Shown one piece after another: positions 36,562-49,863 of a stretch of 64,000 nt of DNA. The position numbers and the translations under genes are program-made. The notes under the pieces were generated by a model. The model was given only the letters and a program-made list of their open reading frames with translations. It was not told the origin of the DNA and searched no databases. Within the stretch, counting starts at the first letter, position 1. Every line of letters begins with the position of its first letter. Origin of the DNA: Tubulanus polymorphus (lineage: Eukaryota > Animalia > Nemertea); assembly GCF_964204645.1 (NCBI RefSeq), contig NC_134033.1, positions 2,314,131 to 2,378,130 on the forward strand, given 5' to 3'.

Positions 36562-37512
36562 TTATTTGACTGGATTTCTACAGCGGATTTTTCTACAAAA
36601 ATATTCGCGAATTTCTCGTCCCAGTAAAAGATATATGTAGAAATTTACCACATAGTTACACTGGTGGAACATACTAAAAATGTCGTATAGAAAATCTATC
36701 TGTTCCGGTGAACCTGGTAAAAATGTAGTAATAGTGGATGGAAGTGTGAATATTGCGAACGCCAGTGAAACTGTTACGAGCATTATTGTCGTACGTTTTG
36801 ATTTTGTAGTTTTCTGATCGGACGAAACCATTTTTGAACCTCTGAATAACTGAATTATTATAACAGAATTTGATGTCATGATCAACGTTAAAGGTAGCAT
36901 AAACGTATAGATGACAATTACAATGAAATATCTTATTTGATCAAAGAATTTATAGTAACATCCAAAAGACTGGTTGGTTAAATGTATCGACAAAGCAGGT
37001 GTGATATACATAAGCAGTACATTCACTGCAGTAATTATCAGCATACTAAATCTAGCGAATCTCGGTGTACATATCAAACGAGATGTGAACGGGAAGAGCA
37101 CAACTGCCCCTCGTTCTAGAGATATCGCTACTATCAACCATGAACTAGTACAGGATGCAAGTACCATAACAAATTCATACATTTTACAACTGATCAGAGA
37201 ATTCATCATGTATATAGGATCAGTGTTCAGATTCAAGAGAACAAACTGTAAAACAGGCATCAGTGTAAAGTTGATGCAGAACACGAAATCACTGAGAGAC
37301 AAAACGATCAGATAGTTAGCGTAAGATAAACTGCGGAATCTGCGACTTATCATTATCAGGAAAGTAGCCGAATTGCCGAAGGCTCCCAAGAGGAACACGG
37401 TAGGTAAAACGACCAGTGACATAGTACGGTAGATACCAGACTTGTTCTGTATAGACATGAGAATGATGTAACTGTTGTAAGTTCGACCAATTTGCATCTT
37501 AGTTGAATTCAT
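36562..37512 (-). CDS. Intronless class A GPCR, copy 3
   Basis: 316 aa paralog, motifs intact. Confidence 0.92.
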   Translation of the reverse strand: MNSTKMQIGRTYNSYIILMSIQNKSGIYRTMSLVVLPTVFLLGAFGNSATFLIMISRRFRSLSYANYLIVLSLSDFVFCINFTLMPVLQFVLLNLNTDPIYMMNSLISCKMYEFVMVLASCTSSWLIVAISLERGAVVLFPFTSRLICTPRFARFSMLIITAVNVLLMYITPALSIHLTNQSFGCYYKFFDQIRYFIVIVIYTFMLPLTLIMTSNSVIIIQLFRGSKMVSSDQKTTKSKRTTIMLVTVSLAFAIFTLPSTITTFLPGSPEQIDFLYDIFSMFHQCNYVVNFYIYLLLGREIREYFCRKIRCRNPVK

Positions 37513-38829
37513 GATTGGCGATAATCAACTCGTGAAGGTGTGGACTGACAGTCTCAATAGATCGACGCTAATGAAGCTCTAAAACCTATTGTTCGGATCA
37601 AATGAAAAATCAATTCTAAGAAACCGAACACAATTTACTCAGATTTAGGAAAGTTTATTATTTGTAAAAGATATAAATATATCTAGATTGAAAGGAAATA
37701 TTCGTCGTACAAGAATTCACTGTAAATGGTGAAATACTGATGACGGGGTCAAATATTAGAATATCTTAACGGGTTGGACAATGTCTATCAGTTTTATACG
37801 GGTGAAATAGCTTTAGTAGTTCATAATCAAAACACACAGTAAAGTAAATATTCATTACTCATTACAGTTGTACAAACTGGACTGATTGGAAATACAAGGT
37901 CCAAAGGTAATCATCCTTTCATTACAACTACAACAACATTGCCACGAATTTTGAAGGGCAGTTCTTTACTTTATAAGTTCCGAATAAAGGGAATTTGCCG
38001 CAAGAACTTGAATATAGCTGCAAAGCATAGCTACATCCTTCACATTCGAACTGAAGAGATGAAAGTTGTATACATGAAAACAATGTATCAACTGTTGAAA
38101 GATATCCGTATATACCAGTTCGCTAAACTGGATTCACGTCGAATCCCTGCAGTGGCGGATCCAGGGGGAATGCGGTGGTGGTGTCCGTGGAGGTCAGGAC
38201 ACCTCACTAAATTCTCGAATAAAATATGAATCTTTTATCTTCATTTGTTCTTATCCACGCAATATTGACACGAATGAGAAATGTTTCTATTCATTTATCA
38301 ATGCTTATGCATATTTTTGGTAACAACGTCTCAATTTGGGTCGCCCTAAATACAATATCTTGTGATGTGTCACAAAAAAAACGAAACATTTTAAGAGTGT
38401 TGCATAATCAGTTTAATCTCACAGCTTGAAAAATATTCATTATTTACCCACTGATAGTTACAGGTTTTATAGAAGTTTATGTTTTAATCAATCCCAATTT
38501 TCATTACTGCATAAGATGACTACCATGATTCTCTTTACCGGGACATCTATATCAATTGTAGATTTCTATTGACCAATTCACTCCATGCAGCTTCAGCGTC
38601 ACCTGAGTGCCTTGATCAGTTCAAATCTCTTCTCACTGCCATCTCTAAGCAGTTTTTATCTTAAAAAATGCTTCTACCTTTATCTTTTTCTACCGCATCA
38701 CTTTTAGTCAACATCAACGAGAATATGACTAATGCTAGTTTTTGAAAACGGGAAGATATTTTCCTTTGCTTTAATTTCATGTCGGGTAAAGTTGCGTGCT
38801 AAGTGAAGAATCAATCTTTACATCAATGG

Positions 38830-39780
38830 TTATTTGACTGAATTTCTACAGCGAATTTTTGTACAAAAATATTCGCGAATTTCTCGTCCGAGTAAAAGAT
38901 ATATGTAGAAATTTACCACATAGTTACACTGGTGGAACATGCTAAAAATGTCGTATAGAAAATCTATCTGTTCCTGTGAACCTGGTAAAAATGTAGCAAT
39001 AGTGGATGGAAGTGTGAATATTGCGAACGCCAGTGAAACTGTTACAAGCATTATTGTTGTACGTTTTGATTTTGTAGTTTTCTGATCGGACGAAATCATG
39101 TTTGAACCTCTGAATAACTGAATTATTATTACAGAATTTGATGTCATGATTAACGTTAAAGGTAGCATATACGCATAGATGCAAAATACAATGAAATATA
39201 TTATTTGATCAAATAATTCATAGTAACATCCAAAAGACTGGTCGGTAAAATATATCGACAAAGTAGGCGTGAGATAATTAAACAATACGCTCACTGCAAT
39301 AATTATCAGGATACTAAATCTAGCGAATCTCGGTGTACATATCAAACGAGATGTGAACGGGAAGAGAACAACTGCCGCACGTTCTAGAGATATCGCTACT
39401 ACCAACCACGAACTAGTACAGGATGCAATTACCATAACAAACTCATACATTTTACAACTGATCAGTGAATTCATGATGAACATTGGACCGATGTTAGTGT
39501 GCAAGAGAACAAACTGTAAAACAGGCATCAGTGTAATGTTGATACAGAACACGAAATCACAGAGAGACAAAACGATCAGATAGTTAGCGTAAGATAAACT
39601 GCGGAATCTGCGACTTATCATTATCAGGAAAGTAGCCGAATTGCCGAAGGCTCCCAGGAGGAACACGACAGGCAGAACGACCAGTGACACAGTACGGTAG
39701 ATACCAGACTTGTTCTGTATAGACATGATAATGATGTAGCTGTTGTAAGTTCGACCAATTTGCATCTGAGTTGAATTCAT
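38830..39780 (-). CDS. Intronless class A GPCR, copy 4
   Basis: 316 aa paralog in a ~2.2 kb tandem unit. Confidence 0.92.
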   Translation of the reverse strand: MNSTQMQIGRTYNSYIIIMSIQNKSGIYRTVSLVVLPVVFLLGAFGNSATFLIMISRRFRSLSYANYLIVLSLCDFVFCINITLMPVLQFVLLHTNIGPMFIMNSLISCKMYEFVMVIASCTSSWLVVAISLERAAVVLFPFTSRLICTPRFARFSILIIIAVSVLFNYLTPTLSIYFTDQSFGCYYELFDQIIYFIVFCIYAYMLPLTLIMTSNSVIIIQLFRGSNMISSDQKTTKSKRTTIMLVTVSLAFAIFTLPSTIATFLPGSQEQIDFLYDIFSMFHQCNYVVNFYIYLLLGREIREYFCTKIRCRNSVK

Positions 39781-41043
39781 GATTGGCGATAATCAACTCG
39801 TGAATGTGTGGACCGTCAGTCTCAATAGATCGACGCTAATGAAACTCACAATCTATTGTTCGGATCAAATGAAAAATCATTTCTAAGAAACCGAACACAA
39901 TTTACTCAGATTTAGGAAAGTTTATTATTTGTAAAAGATATAAATATATCTAGATTGAAAAGAAATATTCGTCGTACAAGAATTCACTATAAATGGTGAA
40001 ATACTGATGACGGGGTCAAATATTAAAATATCTTAACGGGTTGGACAATGTCTATCAGTTCTATACAGGTAAAATAGCTTTAGTAGTTCATAATCAAAAC
40101 ACACAGTAAAGTAAATATTCATTACTCATTACAGTTGTACAAACTGGACTGATTGGAAATATAAGGTCCAAAGATAATCATCCTTTCATTACAACAACAA
40201 CAACATTGCCACGAATTTTGAAGGGCAGTTCTTTACTTTATAAGTTCCGATTTAGGGGAATTTGCCAATGTCATCCTTTTAGGGAACGCAAGAACTTGAA
40301 TATAGCTGCAAAGCATAGCTACATCCTTCACATTCGAACTGTAGAGATGAAAGTTGTAAACATGAAAACAATGTATCAACTGTTGAAAGATATCCGTACC
40401 AGTGGGTTGGTCATAACTGGATTCACGTCGAATCCCTGCAGTGGCGGATCCAGGGGGAATGTGGTGGTGGTGTCCGTTGAGGTCAGGACACCTCACTGAA
40501 TTCTCGAATAAAATATGAATATTTTATCTTCATTTGTTCTTATCCATGCAATATCGACACGAATGAGAATGTTTTATTCATTTATATATGTTTATTCATA
40601 TTTTTGGTAACAATGTCTCAACATGGGTCGCCCTAAATACAATGTCTTGTGATGTGTCACAAAAAAACGAAAGATTTTAAGAGTGTTGCATAATCAGTTT
40701 AATCTCACAGCGTGAACAACATTCATTATTTACCCACTGATAGTTACAGGTTTTATAGAAGTAGCGGCATAGGATGACTACCATGCTTCTCTTTACTGGG
40801 ACATCTATATCAATTGTAGATTTCCATTGACCAATTCAAATATATTCTCACTGCCATCTCTAAGCAGTTTTGATCTTAAAAAATGCTTCTAATTTTATCT
40901 ACTTCTACCGCATCACTTTTAGTCAACATCAACGAGATTATGACTAATGCTAGTTTTGGAAAAAAAAAGATATATTTTTTTTGCTTTGATTTCGTGTCGG
41001 GTAAAGTTGTATGAAATGAAGAATCAAACTTAAACATCAATGG

Positions 41044-41994
41044 TTATTTGACTGAATTTCTACAGCGGATTTTTGTACAAAAATATTCGCGAATTTCTCG
41101 TCCCAGTAAAAGATATATGTAGAAATTTACCACATAGTTACACTGGTGGAACATGCTAAAAATGTCGTATAGAAAATCACTCTGTTCCGGTGAGATTGGT
41201 AAAAATGTAGTAATAGTGGTTGGAAGTGTGAATATTGCGAATGCGAGTGAAACTGTTACGAGCATTATTGTTGTACGTTTTGATTTTGTCGTTTTCTGAT
41301 CGGACGACACCATTTTTGAACCTTTGAATAACTGAATTATTATAACAGAATTTGATGTCATGATCAACGTTAAAGGTAGCATAAACGCATAGATGACACC
41401 TACGCTAAAGTATATCATTTGGTCAAATAATTCATAGTAACATCCAAAAGACTGGTCGGTAAAACGTATCGACAAAGCAGGCGTGAGATACATAAACAAT
41501 ACGCTTACTGCAGTAATTATTAGTGTAGTAAACCTAGCGAATGTCGGTGTACATATCAAACGAGATGTGAACGGGAAGAGCACAACTGCCGCACGTTCTA
41601 GAGATATTGCTACTATCAACCACGAACTAATACAGGATGCAAGCGCCATTATAAACTCATAGATTTTACAACTGATTAGTGAATTCACGATAAATATTGG
41701 ACCGATGTTTGTGCGTAAGAGAAAGAACTGTAAAACAGGCACCAGTGTAAAATTGATGCAGAACACGAAATCACTGAGAGACAAAACGATCAGATAGTTA
41801 GCGTAAGATAAACCGCGGAATCTGCGACTTATCATTATCAGGAAAGTAGCCGAATTGCCGACGGCTCCCAAGAGGAACATGACAGGCAGAACGACCAGTG
41901 ACACAGTACGGTAGATACCAGACTTGTTCTGTATAGACATGAGAACGATGTAGCTGTTGTAAGTTCGACCAATTTGCATCTGAGTAGAATTCAT
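41044..41994 (-). CDS. Intronless class A GPCR, copy 5
   Basis: 316 aa paralog in a ~2.2 kb tandem unit. Confidence 0.92.
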   Translation of the reverse strand: MNSTQMQIGRTYNSYIVLMSIQNKSGIYRTVSLVVLPVMFLLGAVGNSATFLIMISRRFRGLSYANYLIVLSLSDFVFCINFTLVPVLQFFLLRTNIGPIFIVNSLISCKIYEFIMALASCISSWLIVAISLERAAVVLFPFTSRLICTPTFARFTTLIITAVSVLFMYLTPALSIRFTDQSFGCYYELFDQMIYFSVGVIYAFMLPLTLIMTSNSVIIIQLFKGSKMVSSDQKTTKSKRTTIMLVTVSLAFAIFTLPTTITTFLPISPEQSDFLYDIFSMFHQCNYVVNFYIYLLLGREIREYFCTKIRCRNSVK

Positions 41995-43765
41995 GATTCA
42001 CGATAATCAATTCTTGAAGGTGTGGACTGACAGTTTCAATAGATCGACGCTAATGAAGCTCACAAATTTATTGTTCGGATCAAATGAAAAATCAATTCTC
42101 AGAAACCGAACACAATTTGCCCAGATTTATGAAAGTTTATTTTTTGTATGAATATTATAAATTTGTCTAGATTGAAATTAAATATTCGTTGTACAAGAAT
42201 TCATTGTATATGGTGAAATACTGATATCGGGGTCAGATATTAGAATATTTTAACGGGTTTGAAAATGTCTATCAGTTCTATGTAGGAAAAATAGCATGGC
42301 ATCGCATGGCATCGCATCGCATCGCGATGTATATCACAGTTGTACAAACTGGTCTGATGGGAAATGCATAAGGTCCAAATGTAACAACACCCGCTATCAC
42401 TCTTTGATCACGACAACGACAAAAATTGACAAGAATTTTCAAGGACGGTTCTTAATTAGTTCGAATTGAGGGTATTTCCCGATATGATGTCATTTGTAGG
42501 GAAAAAAACAGATAAAGGTAGAAGCTTTTTTAAGATAAAAACTGCCGAGAGAGATGGCAGTGAGAAGAGATTTAAACTGATCAAGACACTCAGGTGACGC
42601 TGAAGCTGTATGGAGTGAATTGGTCTTAAGCATCACATTAGTTTAATATGCCGATGAGATATATATATACAACAGCGCATTCAATTTTTTGAATACACGG
42701 GTTCGACCATGGGCATCCCTAGGGGAGAGGGGGGTAGTTCGAACGAACCCCCTTTTGAATTTTCAAACGTCGACGAGCGTCGGCACATGGTCTGCAAAGC
42801 AAGATAAAATCGTGGATGCTAAGTGAACGGCCTCCGATTGCACCAGAACCCGCCTGCTTGTAAGAAATCTTCACCAATTTTCTGGGGGAGGACCCACAGA
42901 ACCCCTTTTATTCCTAAAAGCGAACTCCCCAAAAAGAATCCTGGGGACGCCCATGTAATCGAACCGTACCTGTTTTTAACTTTCCAGTCAGTTTTTAGTT
43001 GGCACTCGTCTCGCTGATCTTGATTTCTTATGTTTTAGAAATGCATGACATCCGTCCTGTTATGGCGAAACATATTTTCACGCGTACTGTAGTATGTATT
43101 GAAGGCTCAGTGAACACATCTGATAAATCTGATCCTCGTGGATCCGAAGGACATTGATTCGATCACACTGGTTTTTCCAATGCCCTCCTCACAGCAACGT
43201 CTTATAGATAGAAACCTGTTTCAATGAATCCATGATTGTTTGAAGAAGCTGATGTTTCAAGCCGCGTTCACACGACAACTAGTTAGACCGGTCTAAATGG
43301 GTCCGTACCTGAAATTTAGACCGGACCAAATTTTGGTGAGCGTTCACGCGCCGTTGTGACACGCGTTTATAAAAATCGCTTGTCACCGGGCCGTCTGCTA
43401 AATAATTCGCTAGGCCTGGATGAAGTCTTGCTTCGAGATTCCAAGTAGAGCAAGACATTCTTCATTTGACCAACACATCGATACCTCCTTTCCAGAGGCC
43501 TACTCGCAAAAGGAAAATGTTTTTCTCACGAATGTGAATAGTAGCGTCGGATAAATAGACAAAATATTGAACATCGTTTATAAGCAGAGAAATCATGAAA
43601 TTTATTGTGAGCACTCCATAGAATACAAACGGATGACTGGCACCATAAATTCCCTTTGACAGTCTGCAATAGATACGGTGAAATAGTTTCAAATAATATA
43701 TCGATATGGTACCTAATTCTATGAAGTTCTAGGTTCATTTACCAGAAGCTGTTCTGTCGTTTTTC

Positions 43766-44036
43766 TTAACTCTGTTTACAGACCCCATTCGGATCGCATA
43801 ATGACAGGCGCAACATTCTCTCCAAAGGATTGGTCTTTTCGTTTTCCTCTTCGGCTGCTGTAGCCATGGCCAACATGGACGCAAACATCCAACAGAGCGG
43901 AACTGCGAACTCGAACAAGTAACCTTAAAATCAAAACATACCTCAGCGTTAAATAGAACCCGCTAAATATTATTTTGACCAAAACCTGGCTTTTCGTCTC
44001 CGCACAAATAAACATCATCGTTAACTTACGAATCAT
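43766..44036 (-). CDS. Candidate two-exon small secreted peptide precursor, copy A
   Basis: ATG ATT C|GTAAGT ... CAG|TT CCG gives MILPLCWMFASMLAMATAAEEENEKTNPLERMLRLSLCDPNGVCKQS*. Confidence 0.45.
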
Positions 44037-47000
44037 GTTGTTGATGCTCAGCGTTGTATGATCTGTTAAAACGGCACCTGTATTAAAGACATTCACAGAA
44101 AAAAATGGAACTACGTAGCACATTTAAGGGTACAGCTGCCACACTGGGAGTACAGTTTTGCGGGTATGGTACCCTTTGTATTTGGCAGTCAATGGTACCC
44201 TCCCCCTAAAGGTTAAATGCCAATCCACAGGGTGAAATTAAGAACCTTTCAAACAAAGGGTATACCAGGTATCACCCGCAATGATGTTAAGAACCACATT
44301 AGATCAAGGGTACTGCAGTCACCTAAAGAATAGATTTATCGTTAAAGGAAAAAATTCGACCTCGAAAATCAACATCAGTTGATGGCCGTTCCGTCGAACC
44401 GTGTTCAGAACTTACTCACGTGTTTGGCAGAACTGGCTTCCGTAGTTATGCTCGCTCCATCGAACTGCCTCTTTAAATAATGCCAACCCGATCGATAACT
44501 CGCCAACATCATGATATCAATGTTGCGTTTGTTCAGGCGCTGTAAGTGTGAAATTTGAATCATCTCTCATCCATCTACCGAAAAATTTCAACAATTTAAA
44601 AGCAGCTGGCAAAAATTGAAATTAGCTGAAATCGGAGTAATATTTTTTTCCGATATCTATTTCATATCCATAGAATAAACGAATTTTACTAAAAATTCAG
44701 ATAACATCGTGAAATACGACTTTCTCTGCGTAGAAAGGCGTCTTTCCCCCCGATAGACGTTATATACATGTACAGACCCCTCTGAGCAACAAATAGTAAA
44801 TCAATAAACAGTAAACCTTGCGTAAGTCGGATCGGCGAAAGTCGGATAATTACGGAAACGGCGGGCATGGATCTCGACGGAAAACCGAATTTTGAATTAA
44901 AGAAGAAAATATCTGAATTCATGTCGAGATAATCACTCGACATGTAATCGGCAAAAATATTCTTCAAACGTAAATGATTTTATGTTGAGATATATTTCAA
45001 CTGAAAATAAGATTTTTATTTCTCGTGAATGATGTCCCCAGGACGCTTCCGTAGATAATCGCTTACATCGGATTTATAATATTGATGGCCCGATTGTTCC
45101 TTCTCTTTTTCAGCGAAAAAATTATATTCGAAAGTCGGATTTCATATAAGTCGGAAATTCGTAACACTTTTCTTCGTCCCAAAATAAGATTTCAGTTAAA
45201 ATCCCTCGTCGAAAGTCGAAGGGCTATTTTCCTGCCATTGCAGTTTGATTTTTTCCCTGTTCCGACCCGTGTTCCTGGCTTGAAATGGACCCCCCGTCTT
45301 TATTTTCAATCTAGTAACTTGTCAAAGTTATGTTCATCTTAATTTTCAACCTCGTGATTTGCAAAGAAGTTAGTTATTTTTTTCCATTTTTCCGATCAAA
45401 TGAATCAAATTCATAAAAATTGTCACTGCATTTTTATATCTTTCAGCAGTCCTTACGAGGCTTTATACAGGAGATACTCAAATAATAATTTAGAAATAAA
45501 CATTTAATTTCATATTTAATTTCCCTTCCATTTTGAAACGCCTATTATAAAGATATCGTAATTTTTCCCCCTCGCCCTCCAATTTTTTCTCTTAAAAAAA
45601 TCCGATTTGTCACAAATCGGCTGGAGGAAAATAAGGTTCAGATTCAGATTCAATTTTTATCGTTCACAAATTTTACAATTCGCATCGAACAAAAATATAC
45701 ATCGATAATACATTAAAAAAAAATGACGGTATAACAGCGTGGGGAGTTCACAGTTTACAATTTGATTTGAGCATATTCGAATAAATCTAGAAAGATTTAT
45801 CGAGAATTCCTTGATCTTTTGTACAGAAAAGGGAGTTCATATTTTCAAAATTTGAAGCTGACCAAAATCTTCTAGGGATTAGTTTTAATGTCCCTGATCA
45901 ACCATCGCTTACACAGTACGGTAATATATATTTAAAAAAAAAAACTTTAAAATAATTTTAGAATAATTTTTTTCCAATGCAATCCTATACCGATCGATAC
46001 TCGCGTATCGAATTTCCACGCACTTTATTTTTGAATAGGTAATTCAAGATATATTTTCAGTTTGTTCAGTTTGGCTCAAAATGGAGACGTTTTGAAGCGT
46101 GATCCATCAGTAAACGCAGGAAATATAAGTACGTAAATCATACAGCGAAGTGAATTGGTATCAATTTTCATTTCCGTTTGACAACGTCACCCGGTACTAA
46201 TCCGATCCTCTACAGCCTCTATCCTACAACTTCCCCGATTTGAATGGAACCTACCGGGACCACAGTCATACGAGTGAACGCGAGAATGAATCCCACAATT
46301 ATTGAGCCAAAATGCCGCAATTTTTTTGAATATTCGAAATGTAATATATCGGGCGTAGTTTTTAGCCGAAACGTCGCTCAAATATGTATACATTTCAATT
46401 TAACAACTTTGCATTTTTGGCTTCATTATTGTGGGATTTCTCGCGTTTAAATTCATCATACACGAATATTGTGTGGTTATCGACCTTTCATACAAGTTTC
46501 ATTGTATATTCAACGATGCAATAATGCAAGCAGACTTTATGAATATCAAACGAGAGACCTAAGTTGTTGTGGTACGAATTGAGGTCGGAATCCGAAGGTT
46601 GAGTGCTTCAAAATCCATTCGAACAAATTTGTTCTCACGTCGAGGGGACTTTTAACACGTAACTACCGGCGGCGTCGATCCAACGTGGTTTAGATATGGT
46701 ACCAAACGCTCCTGGATCCAGTTCCACGGTTGTGAGTTGAGATTTGACTCAGAGTTAATTCATCGAAAATGAGCTGATTTCAACTCGGAGTAGTTAACTC
46801 TGACTGTGGACCCGAACCCGCTTATTCGAAGATACTGCGGAACCCCTGATTCGAATATTCTCGGAGCTACCCTCGCAATTGTTGCCTCGCCTGCCGAGAT
46901 AAACGAAGCCCGACAAGCGGATTGACTACGGTGGTACGAGTCCCGACTGAACCACACCGACCTCGGCTACCAGTGCCCGCTCTAGACCAGCCGGGTTCAT

Positions 47001-47714
47001 CGAGGTTTTAATCCTAAAATAAGAGTCAAACTGTTTTTTTTTCTTGCAGTTACACAAACTACGGCAAAACGTTGACAGGGGCTGAGCGGCCACTTTTATT
47101 CTATCCCTGATGTGCACGTTGTTTTCCCTGACTTGATCTGCAAGGATCCAATCAACAAATACGCAAGACATAGACAAAAACTGTGATTTTACGCATAATC
47201 TGACCTTCTCAACAAATATCCCTGACTTTTAGCTCTTTTCTCTCCACAAAATTCCCTGACTTAAAAAAAAAAGAAGTTTTCCCTGATTTCCAGGTGAGTG
47301 GCGCCCTGGTTAAGAATAGTATTCAAATAAAATGACTAACAAAAAAATTATTTCATTAAAGTTAATTACAATTCATTTATCTTTTATTTTAGACAAATAT
47401 TTACACATATCTATATAATATCTCATTATTTTGTGGTTTTTATAATAATAGTAATAATATTAATAATAATACATGTATTTATATTTTTTTTCTTTCATAT
47501 ATATTTGGCTGGCCGTAAAGTGTAGCACGATTAATTAATAATGTTATCGATTTAAAAAAATGTCCAACTTTATTTCTAGAGCCAGGAGCGAAGATAGTGA
47601 CACTGACTTAACTGCCAGGGTCAGCACAGATAAGGTCTATATAAAAAGAATGAAGACACAAGATGACTTGTTTCCTACACAGTAAACTCTGCCTTACGCA
47701 AGCAGTGCTGTAAA

Positions 47715-48240
47715 TTGAGTTGAGAATCAGGGAACTCGATTGCTGTCAATATTTCACCGAGTTGACAATCAGGGAACTCGGTAGCGTTTTTGGTTGGATT
47801 GCTGTCAACATTTTGCGAGGGTACACTGTAGCGTGTCGAGACTACTGTCAATATTTCAACGAGTTGACAATCAGGGAACTCGGTAGCGTGTTGAGACTGC
47901 TGTAAATATTTCAACGAGTTGACAATCAGGGAACTCGGTAGCGTTTGGTTGGATTGCTGTCAACATTTTGCGAGGCTACACTGTAGCGTGTCGAGACTAC
48001 TGTCAATATTTCAACGAGTTGACAATCAGGGAACTCGGTAGCGTGTTGAGACTGCTGTAAATATTTCAACGAGTTGACAATCAGGGAACTCGGTAGCGTT
48101 TGGTTGGATTGCTGTCAACATTTTGCGAGGCTACACTGTAGCGTGTCGAGACTACTGTCAATATTTCAACGAGTTGACAATCAGGGAACTCGGTAGCGTG
48201 TTGAGACTGCTGTAAATATTTCACCGAGTTGAGAATCAGA
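47715..48240. repeat. Composite ~55-bp tandem repeat with higher-order structure
   Basis: Recurrent GAGTTGACAATCAGGGAACTCGGTAGCG; shorter array at 53725-54050. Confidence 0.9.
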
Positions 48241-49592
48241 GAGATTAAAGTTTTTCCAAATATGTCTTAGTCCTAACGCAGAGTCTACTGTATATGCAGG
48301 AGTCCTCTCAATTTCTTTTTCTTAAAGACACAAACTTAATCCGTTTTTTGGATTAAACCGAACCCGAATCTATCCTAAAACCGGGTTCGACTTGTATCTC
48401 CGCGTACATGCAGGTCATCAACGTGGTACACAGGGGTTTTAAAAATAACATTCAACATTTTCTAATCACGTCAAGGGGCGCGACTAGCGTTTAAAAGAGA
48501 ACGACGACGACAACGACGATCCTCGGTCCTCATCGTGTAGATAATAAATAAAAAACTTTTTTTTTCGTTCAATATCCAGGGTTCTTATTGATCAGGGGGA
48601 TAAAAAGATTCCTTCGATCCGGGTTCCACAGATCGGAGTCACAAGATTCAACTCTACAGCGACGTTTCTTTTAATTCTCACGATATTTCCCTGACCCTCG
48701 ACCAAAAATTTCCTGATTAAATTATAAGATATCCTCAGTGAAGGCCGTTTCTTATCGAGGGGTTCCTTGTGTCACTCGTCACCAGCATGAACAACAAGAC
48801 ACCAAAAATTCAAATTCCCTGATTAAATTATAAGATATCCTCAGTGAGGGATGTTTCTTATCGCGAAGTTTCTTGTAGGAATATTTTTACGCGTTTCTTG
48901 CGTGGAAGAAAGAAGTTAAGATGGGGAAGACTTTTAAGTGCAGAAACTCTAAAAACATTCTTTGTCGGAATATTGCCCGAACATCACCGTGGCACCTAGA
49001 AGAGTTGATTAGCGTCTCTTGAATTCCAGTTGGCACTCGCCTTGCTGATCTTGATTTCTTATGTTTCAGAAATGCACGAAATCCGTCCTGTATAGGCGAA
49101 AAATATTTTTACGCGTACTGCAGTATGAAGGCTTAGTGGCAACATATGATAAATCTGATCCTCGTGGATCCGAGGGACGTTGGCTCTTACACACTGGTTT
49201 TTCCAATGCCCTTCACAGCGGCGTCTTGGATAGAATCCTGTCTCAACGAATACATGATTGTTTGAAGAAGTTGATGTTTCTTTTGGTCGAAATTGTCACG
49301 TCGTCGATATATAGCCTACACGTCGATACCGCCTTTACAGAGGCCTACTCGCAAAAGAAAAATGTATTTTCGTCGAATATGAATAGTAGCATATCGAACG
49401 CGTTATATGAGCAGGGAAATCATGAAATTTATTTTGAGTACTTCATAGAATACAAACGGATGACTGGCTCCATAAATTCCCTTTGACAGTCTGCAATAGA
49501 TACGATGAAATATTTTCAAATGATATATCGATGGTGGTACTTAATTCTATGAAGTTCTAGAGTTATTTACCAGAGCTGCTCTGTCGTTTTTC

Positions 49593-49863
49593 TTAACTCT
49601 GTTTACAGACCCCATTCGGATCGCATGCAAACTGGCGCACCATTCTCTCCAAAGGATTGGTCTTTTCGTTTTCCTCTTCGGCTGCTGTAGCCATGGCCAA
49701 CATGGACACAAACATCCAACAGAGCGGAACTGCGAACTCAAACAAGTAATCTTAAAATCAAAACATACCTCAGCGTTAAATAGAACCCGCTAAATATTAT
49801 TTTGACCAAAACCTGGCTTTTCGTCTCCGCACAAATAAACATCATCGTTAACTTACGAATCAT
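49593..49863 (-). CDS. Candidate two-exon small secreted peptide precursor, copy B
   Basis: Same splice signals; MILPLCWMFVSMLAMATAAEEENEKTNPLERMVRQFACDPNGVCKQS*. Confidence 0.45.

Noticed and set aside
43080-43260. Knottin-like Cys pattern (SCI..ETGF..RRCCE..CV) in the duplicated unit
   Set aside because: Needs frameshifts and mixing of the two copies; too weak to call.
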